Shown here in pieces: positions 1 to 9,703 of a stretch of DNA of 41,739 nt. Source of the DNA: Methanothermococcus okinawensis (GTDB lineage: Archaea; AGJL01; Methanococci; Methanococcales; Methanococcaceae). The stretch is taken from NCBI GenBank assembly GCA_015661555.1, contig DQVW01000056.1:1-41739 (forward strand). The letters are read 5' to 3'. The stretch's first letter is position 1. Each line of letters begins with the position of its first letter. The position numbers and the translations under genes are program-made. Below the pieces are notes generated by a model. It was not told where the DNA came from and searched no databases. It saw only the letters and a list, made by a program, of their open reading frames with translations.

Positions 1-103
1 TAGGGAACAGATGATAAGTAAGGCAGATACTCTATATGGCGTATATATGGAGGGAGGTATAAGTAAGATAGTAGGATTAAGGTTGGATAGTGAGGGGGTA
101 TAA
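1..103 (+). CDS. smc: C-terminal end of chromosome segregation protein SMC (partial, runs off left edge)
   Basis: Frame from nt 2 reads REQMISKADTLYGVYMEGGISKIVGLRLDSEGV*, typical of the SMC C-terminus after the H-loop. The stop TAA (101-103) overlaps the next ATG. Not in the ORF track. Confidence 0.8.
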   Translation, partial: REQMISKADTLYGVYMEGGISKIVGLRLDSEGV

Positions 104-564
104 TGGGCATCTCCCCAATCCTTAACTCTAAAAATCTCCTTTTAAAGGGTTTAGAGAGATACGGGGTAGATCTGGAGAGTATGATAGAAACTGCCATGGA
201 GTTGTGCATCTCAGGGGATAAAAAGAAGATTAGGTTGAAGCTTAGGGAGGTGATGTTGAAAAAGTTGGAGGATCCCAACCTCCTAACATTGATGATAGCT
301 GCTTTAAAACTTGAGGAGGAGGGTATTAAGGGAAATCTACCCTTTAACTATCATGGGGATCCAATCCATATCTACATAGACGAAGTTATTGGAATGACCA
401 TCGCCAACGAGATCTCTGGAACTAAGGGGATATTTAACTTTAGGTGGTACGATGCAAAAAAACCTGGAGTAATAGGAGAACTTGATAGAAGAGGTTGTGT
501 CTTTTTAGATGATGCAATAGCAGGGTTTATTGCAGGGTGCATGTCCAGAGTATTTGAAGAATAA
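103..564 (+). CDS. cobZ: alpha-ribazole phosphatase CobZ / PgpA-like protein
   Basis: DPNL, DEVIGM.IA..I.G.KG.FNF..YD.KKPG and FLDDAIAG..AGCMS match the archaeal CobZ/PgpA-like family. Confidence 0.75.
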   Translation: MGISPILNSKNLLLKGLERYGVDLESMIETAMELCISGDKKKIRLKLREVMLKKLEDPNLLTLMIAALKLEEEGIKGNLPFNYHGDPIHIYIDEVIGMTIANEISGTKGIFNFRWYDAKKPGVIGELDRRGCVFLDDAIAGFIAGCMSRVFEE

Positions 565-566
565 TT

Positions 567-1574
567 TTAATTTTTTTCACCCTCACCGTAGAGTATCCTG
601 GCTATTTCCCTTAAGGTTTCTATACCCTTAGCCTCAGTTTTCAGAAGAGGTACATGGGCTATAACCTTATCTCCAAACTTCTCCTCTATCATCTTCAATC
701 TACTCATCTGTAGTCTCCTTCTAGATCTACAGAAGTCACATTCAACATACTCAGGTATAACCTGATTCACTATAACTGCATCAACAGGTATGTTGTACTT
801 CTCTAGGGCCTTCATGGCCCTCTCACTTTCCAGGATACTCATCTCCTCAGGTATTACCACAAGTCTAAAGGAGGTTCTATTTGGATCTGCAAGTATCTCT
901 TTAGCCTTTGTTATCTTCCTCTTCATTTCCTCCAATTCCTCTAGGATTTTATCGTAGTCTATATCCTCCTCCCCCCCACTGAAGGGCATCAACCTCTTCA
1001 TCATCTTCATCATTCCACTCATCTGTTTTTTAAACTTAATCATCTTTGTCATATATCTATCCATCAACTCTGGTAAACTTAAGAATCTCAGGGTATGTCC
1101 AGTTGGGGCGGTATCGAATATAACTACGTCGAAGTCGTTGTTGTCTATATACTTCAGAAATACGTCGAAGGCTGCACTTTCATCTGTCCCAGGGGATAGG
1201 GCTGCCATCTCCAACTGCTCCTCCAATAACCCCCCTAGCATGGGGTTCTCATCTAACTGTTTCTTCAACTTCTCCCTGTACTCCTCCATGGCCTTCTGGG
1301 GATCTATCTCCACCACGTATAGGTTGTCTATCCCCTCCACCTTTGTAGGTTCATGGCCAAACTCCTGTTCAAAACTGTCCCTTAGAGAGTGTGCAGGATC
1401 TGTAGATACTATCACAGTTTTTAAGCCCTGTTCTGCACAGTATATACCAGTTGCAGCACTCATGGTAGTTTTCCCCACACCACCTTTACCTCCAAACATG
1501 ATATACTTTGTACCTTCCTGTTCCAACTTTTTCTTAGTTATGCCCTTTAGAGTATCTCTAATCTTGGATAGCAC
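567..1574 (-). CDS. arsA: ArsA/GET3/TRC40 family ATPase
   Basis: [11 protein letters not shown]-loop, [18 protein letters not shown], Met-rich insert and CxxC (CDFC). GTG start 5 nt after a GGTG SD. Confidence 0.93.
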   Translation of the reverse strand: MLSKIRDTLKGITKKKLEQEGTKYIMFGGKGGVGKTTMSAATGIYCAEQGLKTVIVSTDPAHSLRDSFEQEFGHEPTKVEGIDNLYVVEIDPQKAMEEYREKLKKQLDENPMLGGLLEEQLEMAALSPGTDESAAFDVFLKYIDNNDFDVVIFDTAPTGHTLRFLSLPELMDRYMTKMIKFKKQMSGMMKMMKRLMPFSGGEEDIDYDKILEELEEMKRKITKAKEILADPNRTSFRLVVIPEEMSILESERAMKALEKYNIPVDAVIVNQVIPEYVECDFCRSRRRLQMSRLKMIEEKFGDKVIAHVPLLKTEAKGIETLREIARILYGEGEKN

Positions 1575-1578
1575 TGTA

Positions 1579-2238
1579 TCACCTGGTGTCTCTTATCCTT
1601 GCAAGTAACTCCTCAACATCTACAGAGGTGCATAGGCAGCCATCCTTTAAAAGAGGCTGTCCCTGTACAGGTATCCCCTTCCTAGATAGATAGTTCATCC
1701 CATGGAAGAGATCTCTATAGCAGGAAACTCCAAAAACCCCTGTAGGTTTCTTCTCCTTTAATATCCTCTTTATAAATGTAGAGCCAGGGACTATATATAC
1801 CTCGTAGTTGTTATCCCTGGCAACTTTTATTATACCTCCCAGTGGACACCTGTTGCAAAATACACATTCTACACCATTTATCCCCAACTTGGCAGGACAC
1901 TTTATATCCCTGAGACAGTGGGGGAGTATAAGCACCTTCCTCTCAGCCTTTTTAAAGGAGTGGTAGTAGTACCTGTTGTAGAAGTCTATCCCTATTCTGT
2001 AGAAGGTGTCCTCTGTACCTACCATTAGACATAACTTTAGAAGTATAGGGTGAAAGTTATCCATAATGTAGAGAAAGACCTTTGGAAAGAGTAACTTGTT
2101 CTTTTTTACCAGGAAGTAGCCAAGTATTGCACTTATAACTACTATGATAAATCCTGCAAATATAAGGAGGGCTGAGAGTAGTCCCAGGATCTCAAAGAAA
2201 CCTGACAACCCTAACCCGTCAAAAAACATGATACCCAC
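1579..2238 (-). CDS. DUF116 family membrane-anchored Cys-rich protein
   Basis: N-terminal TM helix; LPHCLR..CPA, C..C..C, IVPGST, GVSC..DL and L.KDGC motifs. Confidence 0.85.
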   Translation of the reverse strand: MGIMFFDGLGLSGFFEILGLLSALLIFAGFIIVVISAILGYFLVKKNKLLFPKVFLYIMDNFHPILLKLCLMVGTEDTFYRIGIDFYNRYYYHSFKKAERKVLILPHCLRDIKCPAKLGINGVECVFCNRCPLGGIIKVARDNNYEVYIVPGSTFIKRILKEKKPTGVFGVSCYRDLFHGMNYLSRKGIPVQGQPLLKDGCLCTSVDVEELLARIRDTR

Positions 2239-2240
2239 AT

Positions 2241-3023
2241 TTAGATAAATTGTAAGTTTCTCAGCCTGTTACATATGTGATTCAACATATCCCTTAGATT
2301 CTCCCTGTTGTCAAATCCCTCTACAATCCTCTGGAGTTCCTCCCTATCTAGCCTCTTATACTCTCTCACGTACTTCCTAAGTAGAGGTAGACATCTAGTT
2401 AACTCATCTACTATGGTAACTGTGGATCTCTGGGCTGTCCTGGATAGAGGATTGAGATCTATAGATATTACCTTCTTACCCATCTTCACAAGGGCCTCAG
2501 TTCTATCTCCATCCTCCAGGGGTACTAGAACCACATCTGCAGAGTATATCCCCTCCTGGGAGACCTTACCCCTTGCACTCTCCAGGTTAGGTATCTGTTT
2601 ATTCCCGTCCTCCACCCCCAGGATCTTTATCTTACCACTTCTTATCTTCTCCCTGATAACAGGGTCCTCCTCAAAGAACTCCTTAATCTTTCTCAACCTC
2701 TCCTCACTTCTATAAAAGAGATTTACCTCAATCTTTCCATTTAACTCCTCTGCAAGTTTGACAACCTCATCTCTAGCCAGGGCTACGGTATTACCGTTAA
2801 CTGAGATAACTGGATTCTCAGCCAGTACCAACATTGCAGCGGCAGCCTTTATAGCCCTGAGAGCTATATCTGTAGTTTTCTCCCCTATGAGATAGTCGAA
2901 GGTCTCCCCCCTACCATGGGCTATAAGCCCTGCCTTTGCAAGTATTCCCCTATCCAGGGCCTCAACAACTTTCTCCCTATTTAGTAGGGATTTATACCTT
3001 GGATGACTTTTTGGAATATTCAT
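2241..3023 (-). CDS. pps: 4-phosphopantoate--beta-alanine ligase (archaeal phosphopantothenate synthetase)
   Basis: [41 protein letters not shown] and [10 protein letters not shown]. Confidence 0.93.
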   Translation of the reverse strand: MNIPKSHPRYKSLLNREKVVEALDRGILAKAGLIAHGRGETFDYLIGEKTTDIALRAIKAAAAMLVLAENPVISVNGNTVALARDEVVKLAEELNGKIEVNLFYRSEERLRKIKEFFEEDPVIREKIRSGKIKILGVEDGNKQIPNLESARGKVSQEGIYSADVVLVPLEDGDRTEALVKMGKKVISIDLNPLSRTAQRSTVTIVDELTRCLPLLRKYVREYKRLDREELQRIVEGFDNRENLRDMLNHICNRLRNLQFI

Positions 3024-3032
3024 GTTATCCTT

Positions 3033-3827
3033 TCAACGACTTCTCTTGGATGTAAGTTCATATACCTCACAGGAGTTGTTACCCTCCTCATCCACTATCT
3101 CAATATCCTCGATGGATTTTAAACCTAGACTATCGGCAGTTCTCTCTATACCTAGTTTTCTATCTGTATCTATCTCAATGACGTAGGCCTCCAATTCAGG
3201 TATCTTCAGGATATTACAGGCGACAACCCTGTGATGCCCATCTACAAGGATGTACTTATCATCCCTGTCTCTCTTCTTTATAACTATTATAGGTTCAGCG
3301 AGACCCCTCTTCAACTCGTATATCCTACCCTGTAACTCATCTGCGTAGATCTTACCCTGGGTTGGCCTTATCTTATTTACAGGGATGGTATCTGTATACA
3401 CCTTGACCTTAAACCCCAACCTTCTATAGGCCTCCACTATCTTATTTAACTTCTCCGGCGTAGTCTTCTCTATCTGGGATCTTATAACATCGGTGTTGGT
3501 AATAATACCTAGTAGTCTATCCTCCTCGTCTATAACAGGAAGTTTTGAGAAACCTGTCCTAAACATCAACCTTCCAACATCCCTTATATTGGCATCTGGC
3601 CTGGTAGTAATCATCTTCTCTCTTTTAACCATGATATTCTCTATCTTCTCATTCTCATCCCTACCTATTAGATCATGGACTGAGACTATACCCACTACCT
3701 TACCTTCAGAGACTACTGGAAAGGTGTCATGGGAGGTCTTTTTGATAAGCTCTATTACATCCTTTACAGTATCCTCTGGACTGACGTAGTATACATTCCT
3801 GGTCATGTACTCCTCCACTTTAACCAT
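3033..3827 (-). CDS. CBS-pair + ParB/Srx-like domain protein
   Basis: Two CBS repeats followed by IRPTQ, EPIIV and LVDGHHR. Start moved to ATG 3827 (MVKVEEYMT); the track's 3905 start overlaps the upstream gene. Confidence 0.85.
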   Translation of the reverse strand: MVKVEEYMTRNVYYVSPEDTVKDVIELIKKTSHDTFPVVSEGKVVGIVSVHDLIGRDENEKIENIMVKREKMITTRPDANIRDVGRLMFRTGFSKLPVIDEEDRLLGIITNTDVIRSQIEKTTPEKLNKIVEAYRRLGFKVKVYTDTIPVNKIRPTQGKIYADELQGRIYELKRGLAEPIIVIKKRDRDDKYILVDGHHRVVACNILKIPELEAYVIEIDTDRKLGIERTADSLGLKSIEDIEIVDEEGNNSCEVYELTSKRSR

Positions 3828-3855
3828 AGGGGACCCTTCCTCTTCTTTATTGAAT

Positions 3856-4575
3856 TTAAATTTCATACTTAAGGGCATCCTTCTTACAGACACTTTTACA
3901 TTCAAAACATCTTATACATTCATGTTGAGGTATCCCCTTCGTCAACTCTATCTGTACTGGACACCTCCTATCACATAACTTACAATTTACACATTTTTCA
4001 CTTTTAATCTTCAATTTAAATAAGGGTTTAATTGAGAATATACCTAATAAAGCCCCTATTGGACAGAAATACCTACAGAAAAAGAGGGGATAGAAAAATC
4101 CCATTATTAGAAAAAAGAGAAGTAGCATTATAGACACTACAGTCCCATAGAGGTTTGTTAAGGTACCAAGGGGACACACCTTACAGAATGCATAAGTTGA
4201 TAACTTATAGGTTAGATATAAAAATAGTATTAATACTCCATACTTTAGATAGATCATCTTACTGTGGATCTTCTCTGGAACTGTTGGGAGAAACTTCAAA
4301 TGGGAAACCTTCATCCTTAACTTATAAATAATGTCAAATATAAACCCGAGAGGACATACCCATCCACAGAACACCCTACCTAAGATAAGGGTAATTAAGA
4401 GGACAACTAAGGTAGAAGTTAGATAGAAATTTCTCATTAAAATAAACCTCTCCAATACACCCAATACACAGAGGCACAACCCAGAAAAAAACAAAAAATA
4501 GACAAAAAACAGTGATTGTATTAACTTTCTTATTGATTGAAGATGATTCTCTAAAAAGTTGTAGATTTTTAACAC
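3856..4575 (-). CDS. NapH/MauN-type membrane 4Fe-4S binding protein
   Basis: Several TM segments; GRVFCGWVCPLG, FCRYFCPIG and two ferredoxin motifs (CVNCKLCDRRCP, CIRCFECKSVC). GTG start after AGGTGA. Confidence 0.88.
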   Translation of the reverse strand: MLKIYNFLENHLQSIRKLIQSLFFVYFLFFSGLCLCVLGVLERFILMRNFYLTSTLVVLLITLILGRVFCGWVCPLGFIFDIIYKLRMKVSHLKFLPTVPEKIHSKMIYLKYGVLILFLYLTYKLSTYAFCKVCPLGTLTNLYGTVVSIMLLLFFLIMGFFYPLFFCRYFCPIGALLGIFSIKPLFKLKIKSEKCVNCKLCDRRCPVQIELTKGIPQHECIRCFECKSVCKKDALKYEI

Positions 4576-4587
4576 CTTATCACCTAT

Positions 4588-4896
4588 TTAACCCAGTTTT
4601 AATAGAACAAATACTTTTTTTAATAAATTAAACAGTATTTCCCTCAGATTAACCTCCATAAATAGAAACTCTATTACTCTATCAATAAGGGATTTTTCAT
4701 TCTGATCATTATTTTCAGAAGTATCATTAGGTGCCGGCTCACTACGATCACAGATGTTGTTGTTATTTGTATCTACATACAGGGAACAGTATCCTGGATA
4801 TTGACAGGAGGAGTTTGTTATACCATAGGGGCAGTCATCCCAGGCGAGACTTAGGGGCAATATTGTAAAAACTAGAAAAATAGTAAATTTTTTCAT
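4588..4896 (-). CDS. small secreted Cys-containing hypothetical protein
   Basis: Signal peptide [18 protein letters not shown]; [24 protein letters not shown]; AGGTGA SD. Confidence 0.8.
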   Translation of the reverse strand: MKKFTIFLVFTILPLSLAWDDCPYGITNSSCQYPGYCSLYVDTNNNNICDRSEPAPNDTSENNDQNEKSLIDRVIEFLFMEVNLREILFNLLKKVFVLLKLG

Positions 4897-5056
4897 ATGG
4901 TGTCACCTGATAAAAAATATAAAAAAGTTGATATTCAGTGCCAGTTAAAAAATCTTTCATAAAATACATAAAATTTTCTTTTAATGAGGTTGCAGGGGCA
5001 GTTTTTTCAGCATACTTTCCCTCTGTATAGTTTATCTAATTTAAAATGGAAAAGAA

Positions 5057-5953
5057 TTAGGGCTTTAATTGTTTTCCTACCCCTTTAATTCTAATATAAC
5101 CCATATCCTCCATAATTTTCTGTCCTTCCTCACTTAGGACAAAGTCCATGAAAGCCTTTTCAAGTTCTGAAGGTTCTTTCCTGATTAGAATATAGACGTA
5201 CTCTGTAAGTGGATATCTACCTGACATGATATTTTCATTTGTTGGCTCAACTCCATCTATTTTTAAGACTTTAACTCTATCTTTAACTGTCTCATTTATA
5301 TATTTTGGATAGACATAACCTATGCTGTTTTCATCTTTGGAAACTATATCTATGATTTCTTCAAACGATTGTTTTGTCAGGGCATTTGCTGTAACGTTCT
5401 TTTTATAAGGTTTCATAACAAGTTTATTAAGTATTGCTCTTTTACAGCCTTTTTCTATCACTACCACATGAATATCCTTATCAGGACCACCTACCTCCTT
5501 CCAGTTAGTTATCTCCCCTGCAAAGATCTTCGCTATCTCTTCTAAACTTAATTCATTAACAGGGTTGTTTGGATGGACGATAATAACAATACTTCTGTTT
5601 CTCTTCCCTACGATTACCTGCTTAAGATCGGGATACTTCTCCTTTTCAGCAGATGTTAATTCTCGTCCCATAAATCCTAAATTTGCTTTACCTTCTCCAA
5701 CTAATTTGGTGACGTTTGCACATTTATTCCCTGATACGTTAATCTTTACATTGGGATGTTTCTCCACAAAGACTTTTGCCCATTCTTTAATTAAGGGAAC
5801 TAATACTGCACGACTTGTTATCTTCAGTTCTCCTGAAAGTTCTTGTGGAGTTTCTTCCTTCCCCTGGCAACCTGCAAGAAAAACTCCTAAGATTATTAAA
5901 CTTACTAGGATAGTTGCCTTCAATATCTTTGAGAGTTTATTTTCTCTCCACAT
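5057..5953 (-). CDS. PstS-fold substrate-binding lipoprotein (divergent ligand site)
   Basis: Lipobox LAGC; IVHPNNPV..LS.EEI..IF.GEITNWKEVGG, IGYV, IDGVEPT.ENI.SG.YPL and F.DFVLS.EGQ. The phosphate-binding GS(T/S) and SGT motifs are altered. Confidence 0.85.
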   Translation of the reverse strand: MWRENKLSKILKATILVSLIILGVFLAGCQGKEETPQELSGELKITSRAVLVPLIKEWAKVFVEKHPNVKINVSGNKCANVTKLVGEGKANLGFMGRELTSAEKEKYPDLKQVIVGKRNRSIVIIVHPNNPVNELSLEEIAKIFAGEITNWKEVGGPDKDIHVVVIEKGCKRAILNKLVMKPYKKNVTANALTKQSFEEIIDIVSKDENSIGYVYPKYINETVKDRVKVLKIDGVEPTNENIMSGRYPLTEYVYILIRKEPSELEKAFMDFVLSEEGQKIMEDMGYIRIKGVGKQLKP

Positions 5954-6177
5954 TCAAATCACCAATATTATAAATTGTTTTTATACCACTCGATTTAAAT
6001 GAAAAATGTTTATAGTTTTTTCTATTTAAATTGAAGTTATCCAAAAATTCGCTATATTTTCCTGAAATATTTCCAAAATCAGCCTGATATGTGAGAAAAT
6101 TGTTCCAGTAGAGAATTTTAATAGTTAATTCCAACAAAGTTGAAATCTAATATGACAGATTAAAAAAAGGGAAAGTA

Positions 6178-7644
6178 TTAACTACTCTTAACCTTTTCCT
6201 CCTCCTCACTTATCCCCATGGCTTCCAGTATCTTAGTCTGTATAGCCTCCTCCACCAACCTCCTAAGTGAATCCTTATCTGAGACAGACTCAAATATACC
6301 AAGGTCTATACTTGCCGCCGCAGCCTTTTGATGCCCCCCTCCTCCAAAGGCCCTTCTCATAATCTCTCCCACATCTATCCTTAGATCCTTGGTTCTGGCA
6401 CTTATGTATATCTTACTTCCAGATATCCCAAAGACGAAGGTTGTGGTTATACCCTCCATCTTAAGTAGGAAATCTGCAGCCTTGGCTAACGCCCCCCTGT
6501 TTTTCACCGTACCTACATAGGACAGTGCAATACTACTTCTAACCACCTTCCTATTTAGGACAGATCTTGCCAAAACCTCCATGGTTTCAGTGTCCATCTC
6601 AGGGTTCTCTATCATCTCCAGGATCTTTGGGTCCATGAGGTCCTGAAGATACCCTGCAGCCTCGAAGTCCTTTTTAGAGGTCTTTCTCCTGAAGTAGTTG
6701 GTATCTGAGCATATGGCGTAATAAAGTGCTGTTGCCAGATCCTGTTTTGGGGTTATCCCCAACTCATTTAGATACTCCAACATTATAGTTGCAGTTGCTC
6801 CAACCTCTGGTCTTATATCCATATATCTTGCAGTTAAATCCCCATTCTCATGATGGTCTATAAGTATGTCTATTTCACGATCTAGATTTACAGGTAGTAA
6901 CTTTGAAAAGGAGGTATCTACAACTGCAATACCACTGTACTTGTCCATATCTATATCCTCGATAGGTATCAACTTTATACCTAGAAGATTGATCATCGCC
7001 TTATTCTCATCGAAATCTATTCTACCTCCGTAGCCAATATCCGCCCTTACCCTCCACCTCTCAAGTATCCTCTTAAGGGCCATGGCACTGGCTATAGAGT
7101 CAGGATCTGGGTTTTTATGCATAAGTATCAAAAAGGATATGGAGTTTTCGTTGTTAACACCTTCCTTTAAGTTGTCAGCATCTATGGTTAATCCATGTTT
7201 TGACTTTATATCCATTATCACCTTCTCTAGGTCCATTAACCTCTTCCTCAGCTTAGACTTCTCTATCTCAGATACTATCTCCCTGGCTGCGCAGTCCACA
7301 GGGTATATTACCTTGTTCACCTGGGTTCCAGAGTAGAGATCTGGATACTTGGGAATCCCCCTGGCAATAACATAGGCGGTAGGATTTAACTCCTTTATAA
7401 GTTCCACTATCTTCTTATTTGCAGTAGGGTCGTTGGTAAGTATAATTACAGTATCTGCCTCCTTAACACCAGCCTTTAAAAGTGTCTCTTTTTTACAGGC
7501 ATCACCTACAATGTATTCAAAGTCCAACTTCTCCACAGACTCAAAGACCGTTGGATTCTTATCTACAACCCTTACCCTGTCAAGGGATTTAGCATAATTT
7601 ACCACTTTACGACCAAAGGAACCGTAACCTATGATGAGTATCAT
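6178..7644 (-). CDS. TrkA-N (RCK) domain + DHH/DHHA1 phosphoesterase
   Basis: N-terminal IIGYGSFG Rossmann fold; HKNPDPDS, VVDT, IDHH, SDT and GGGH. Confidence 0.9.
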   Translation of the reverse strand: MILIIGYGSFGRKVVNYAKSLDRVRVVDKNPTVFESVEKLDFEYIVGDACKKETLLKAGVKEADTVIILTNDPTANKKIVELIKELNPTAYVIARGIPKYPDLYSGTQVNKVIYPVDCAAREIVSEIEKSKLRKRLMDLEKVIMDIKSKHGLTIDADNLKEGVNNENSISFLILMHKNPDPDSIASAMALKRILERWRVRADIGYGGRIDFDENKAMINLLGIKLIPIEDIDMDKYSGIAVVDTSFSKLLPVNLDREIDILIDHHENGDLTARYMDIRPEVGATATIMLEYLNELGITPKQDLATALYYAICSDTNYFRRKTSKKDFEAAGYLQDLMDPKILEMIENPEMDTETMEVLARSVLNRKVVRSSIALSYVGTVKNRGALAKAADFLLKMEGITTTFVFGISGSKIYISARTKDLRIDVGEIMRRAFGGGGHQKAAAASIDLGIFESVSDKDSLRRLVEEAIQTKILEAMGISEEEEKVKSS

Positions 7645-7819
7645 ATCTCCTCCACCAGAAAGAGAGGTTTTAGTTAATCATAAGGTAGGGGATAATTTAA
7701 AATTTTTTCTAATATATTTATTGAATTAAATATAGATATATTTTGAATTCAACAAAATGTTAAATTACTTTTCCCTGATATTATTTAATACTTACGTAAT
7801 CATTTCTGGAGGTTGGAAT

Positions 7820-9700
7820 ATGAAGAAGTTGATAATCTGCGAGAAACCTAAGGTTGCGAAGAAAATAGGTGAGGCACTGGGAAAGGTAAAGAAGAGATCC
7901 TATAAGGGTGTACCTTACTACGAGGTGGAGAGAGATGGGGAGAAAATCCTGGTAGCCTCTGCAGTTGGACACCTCTTTACCTTGGAGGAGGACAGTAGGA
8001 GTAAAAAGTTTGGGGAGTACCCAGTATTCCATGTAAAGTGGGTACCTGCATGGATGGTAAAGGGAAGGGAGTATGTAAAGAAGTACATAGAGACTTTAAA
8101 GAAACTATCCAGGGATGTAGATGAGATCTACATAGCCACAGATTGGGATATTGAGGGGGAGTTAATAGGTTACCATGCCCTCTACTACATCTGTGGAAGG
8201 AGGAATGCCAAGAGAATGAGGTTCTCCAGTTTAACAAGGGAGGAGATTTTAAGGGCCTATGAGAATCCAGATAGAATAGACTATGGTCTCGTGGATGCCG
8301 GTGAGAGTAGACATAAGCTAGACTGGTACTACGGGATCAACGTCTCCAGGGCTCTTATGCAATCCCTCAAGGCTGTAAATAGATGGAGGACCATGAGCAC
8401 TGGAAGGGTTCAAGGTCCAGCCCTGGCCTTCTTAGTGGAGAGGGAGTTGGAGATAAAGAACTTTAAAAGTAGGAAGTACTGGGTTATAGAGGGTTTATTG
8501 GAGGGGGATGTAAAGGCTATTCACAGTAGGGAGAAATTCTGGGATAAGGGGGAGGCGAAGGAGGTATACAACAGGATAAAGGATATTGGGGAAGGAAAGG
8601 TTCTAAAGGTAGTGAGAAGGGAGGAAAGTATAAGACCTCTTCCCCCCTTCGACCTGGGAACTCTCCAGAGGGAGGCCTATAGGATCTATAAACTCTCTCC
8701 TAAAGAGACTCAGGAGATTGCCCAGAGACTTTACGAGAAGGGATACTGTTCCTATCCAAGGACAAGTTCCCAGAGACTCCCTGATAACTGGGAATATCTG
8801 AAGAATATACTTAGGAGAATAGGAGAGATTGAGGAGTACAGGGGATATGTAGAGAGGATCCTTAGGGAGGGTAGAAAACCTGTTAAAGGTAAGAAGGAGG
8901 ATCCTGCCCACCCTGCAATACATGTAGTAGATGTCCCTGAGGAACCTCTTACATCTAAGGAGGAGAGGATCTATCACCTTATAGCTAGAAGGACCTTGGG
9001 GGCATTCTGGGAGGATATGAGGAGGGAGTATATTGAGGTGGATCTGGATATAGGAGGAGAGTTGTTCAAAGTTAGTGGTGCCAGGACCTTGAAGAGAGGT
9101 TGGCATGAGATATACTACTTCAGTAAATTTGAGGAGAAGGAGATCCCCAACTTCAGGAGGGGGGATATAGTAAGGGTTAAGGAGATAGTGTTAGAGGAGA
9201 GAAAAACTAAACCTCCTAAGAGGTACACCATGGCCTCTATCATAAAGGAGTTGGAGAGGAGAAGGTTGGGAACAAAGTCAACAAGGGCTGAGATTGTGGA
9301 GAAACTTATTAAGAGAGGTTATGTCCTTGAGGAGAGAGGTTACCTTAGGGTAACCAACCTAGGTATGGCGGTGATCGAGACGTTAAAGAGGTACTGCCCA
9401 GAGATAGTAGAGGAGGGGATGACTAGGGATATGGAGGATAAACTGGAGAAGGTACAGAGGGGGGAGGTGAAGAAGGAGGACATTTTAAAAGAGGCTGAGG
9501 AGAGACTGAGGAAGATACTCCAGGAGGTTAAAAAGAGAGAGATGGAGATTGGAAGGGAGTTGATAAGTAGGATGGAGGAGGACAAAACCTCTACCCGCTG
9601 TCCTATATGTGGAAGATCTCTAGTGGTTAGAAGAAGTAGGTATGGAGAATTTCTAGGATGTTCCCAATATCCCAGGTGTAAGTATATCCACAGGGGATAG
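7820..9700 (+). CDS. topA: DNA topoisomerase I (type IA)
   Basis: ICEKP, GHL, ATDWDIEGE, STGRVQ, SYPRT catalytic Tyr, LGTKSTR and one C-terminal zinc ribbon. Start moved to ATG 7820 (GGAGGT SD). Confidence 0.96.
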   Translation: MKKLIICEKPKVAKKIGEALGKVKKRSYKGVPYYEVERDGEKILVASAVGHLFTLEEDSRSKKFGEYPVFHVKWVPAWMVKGREYVKKYIETLKKLSRDVDEIYIATDWDIEGELIGYHALYYICGRRNAKRMRFSSLTREEILRAYENPDRIDYGLVDAGESRHKLDWYYGINVSRALMQSLKAVNRWRTMSTGRVQGPALAFLVERELEIKNFKSRKYWVIEGLLEGDVKAIHSREKFWDKGEAKEVYNRIKDIGEGKVLKVVRREESIRPLPPFDLGTLQREAYRIYKLSPKETQEIAQRLYEKGYCSYPRTSSQRLPDNWEYLKNILRRIGEIEEYRGYVERILREGRKPVKGKKEDPAHPAIHVVDVPEEPLTSKEERIYHLIARRTLGAFWEDMRREYIEVDLDIGGELFKVSGARTLKRGWHEIYYFSKFEEKEIPNFRRGDIVRVKEIVLEERKTKPPKRYTMASIIKELERRRLGTKSTRAEIVEKLIKRGYVLEERGYLRVTNLGMAVIETLKRYCPEIVEEGMTRDMEDKLEKVQRGEVKKEDILKEAEERLRKILQEVKKREMEIGRELISRMEEDKTSTRCPICGRSLVVRRSRYGEFLGCSQYPRCKYIHRG

Positions 9701-9703
9701 GTT

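Noticed and set aside
6030-6135. Repeated TTCC/ATCC words as a possible NrpR operator
   Set aside because: No intact GGAA-N6-TTCC is present.
5937-6137. 66-aa ORF upstream of the PstS-like gene
   Set aside because: AT-rich promoter-like spacer, TTG start without SD, no recognisable features.
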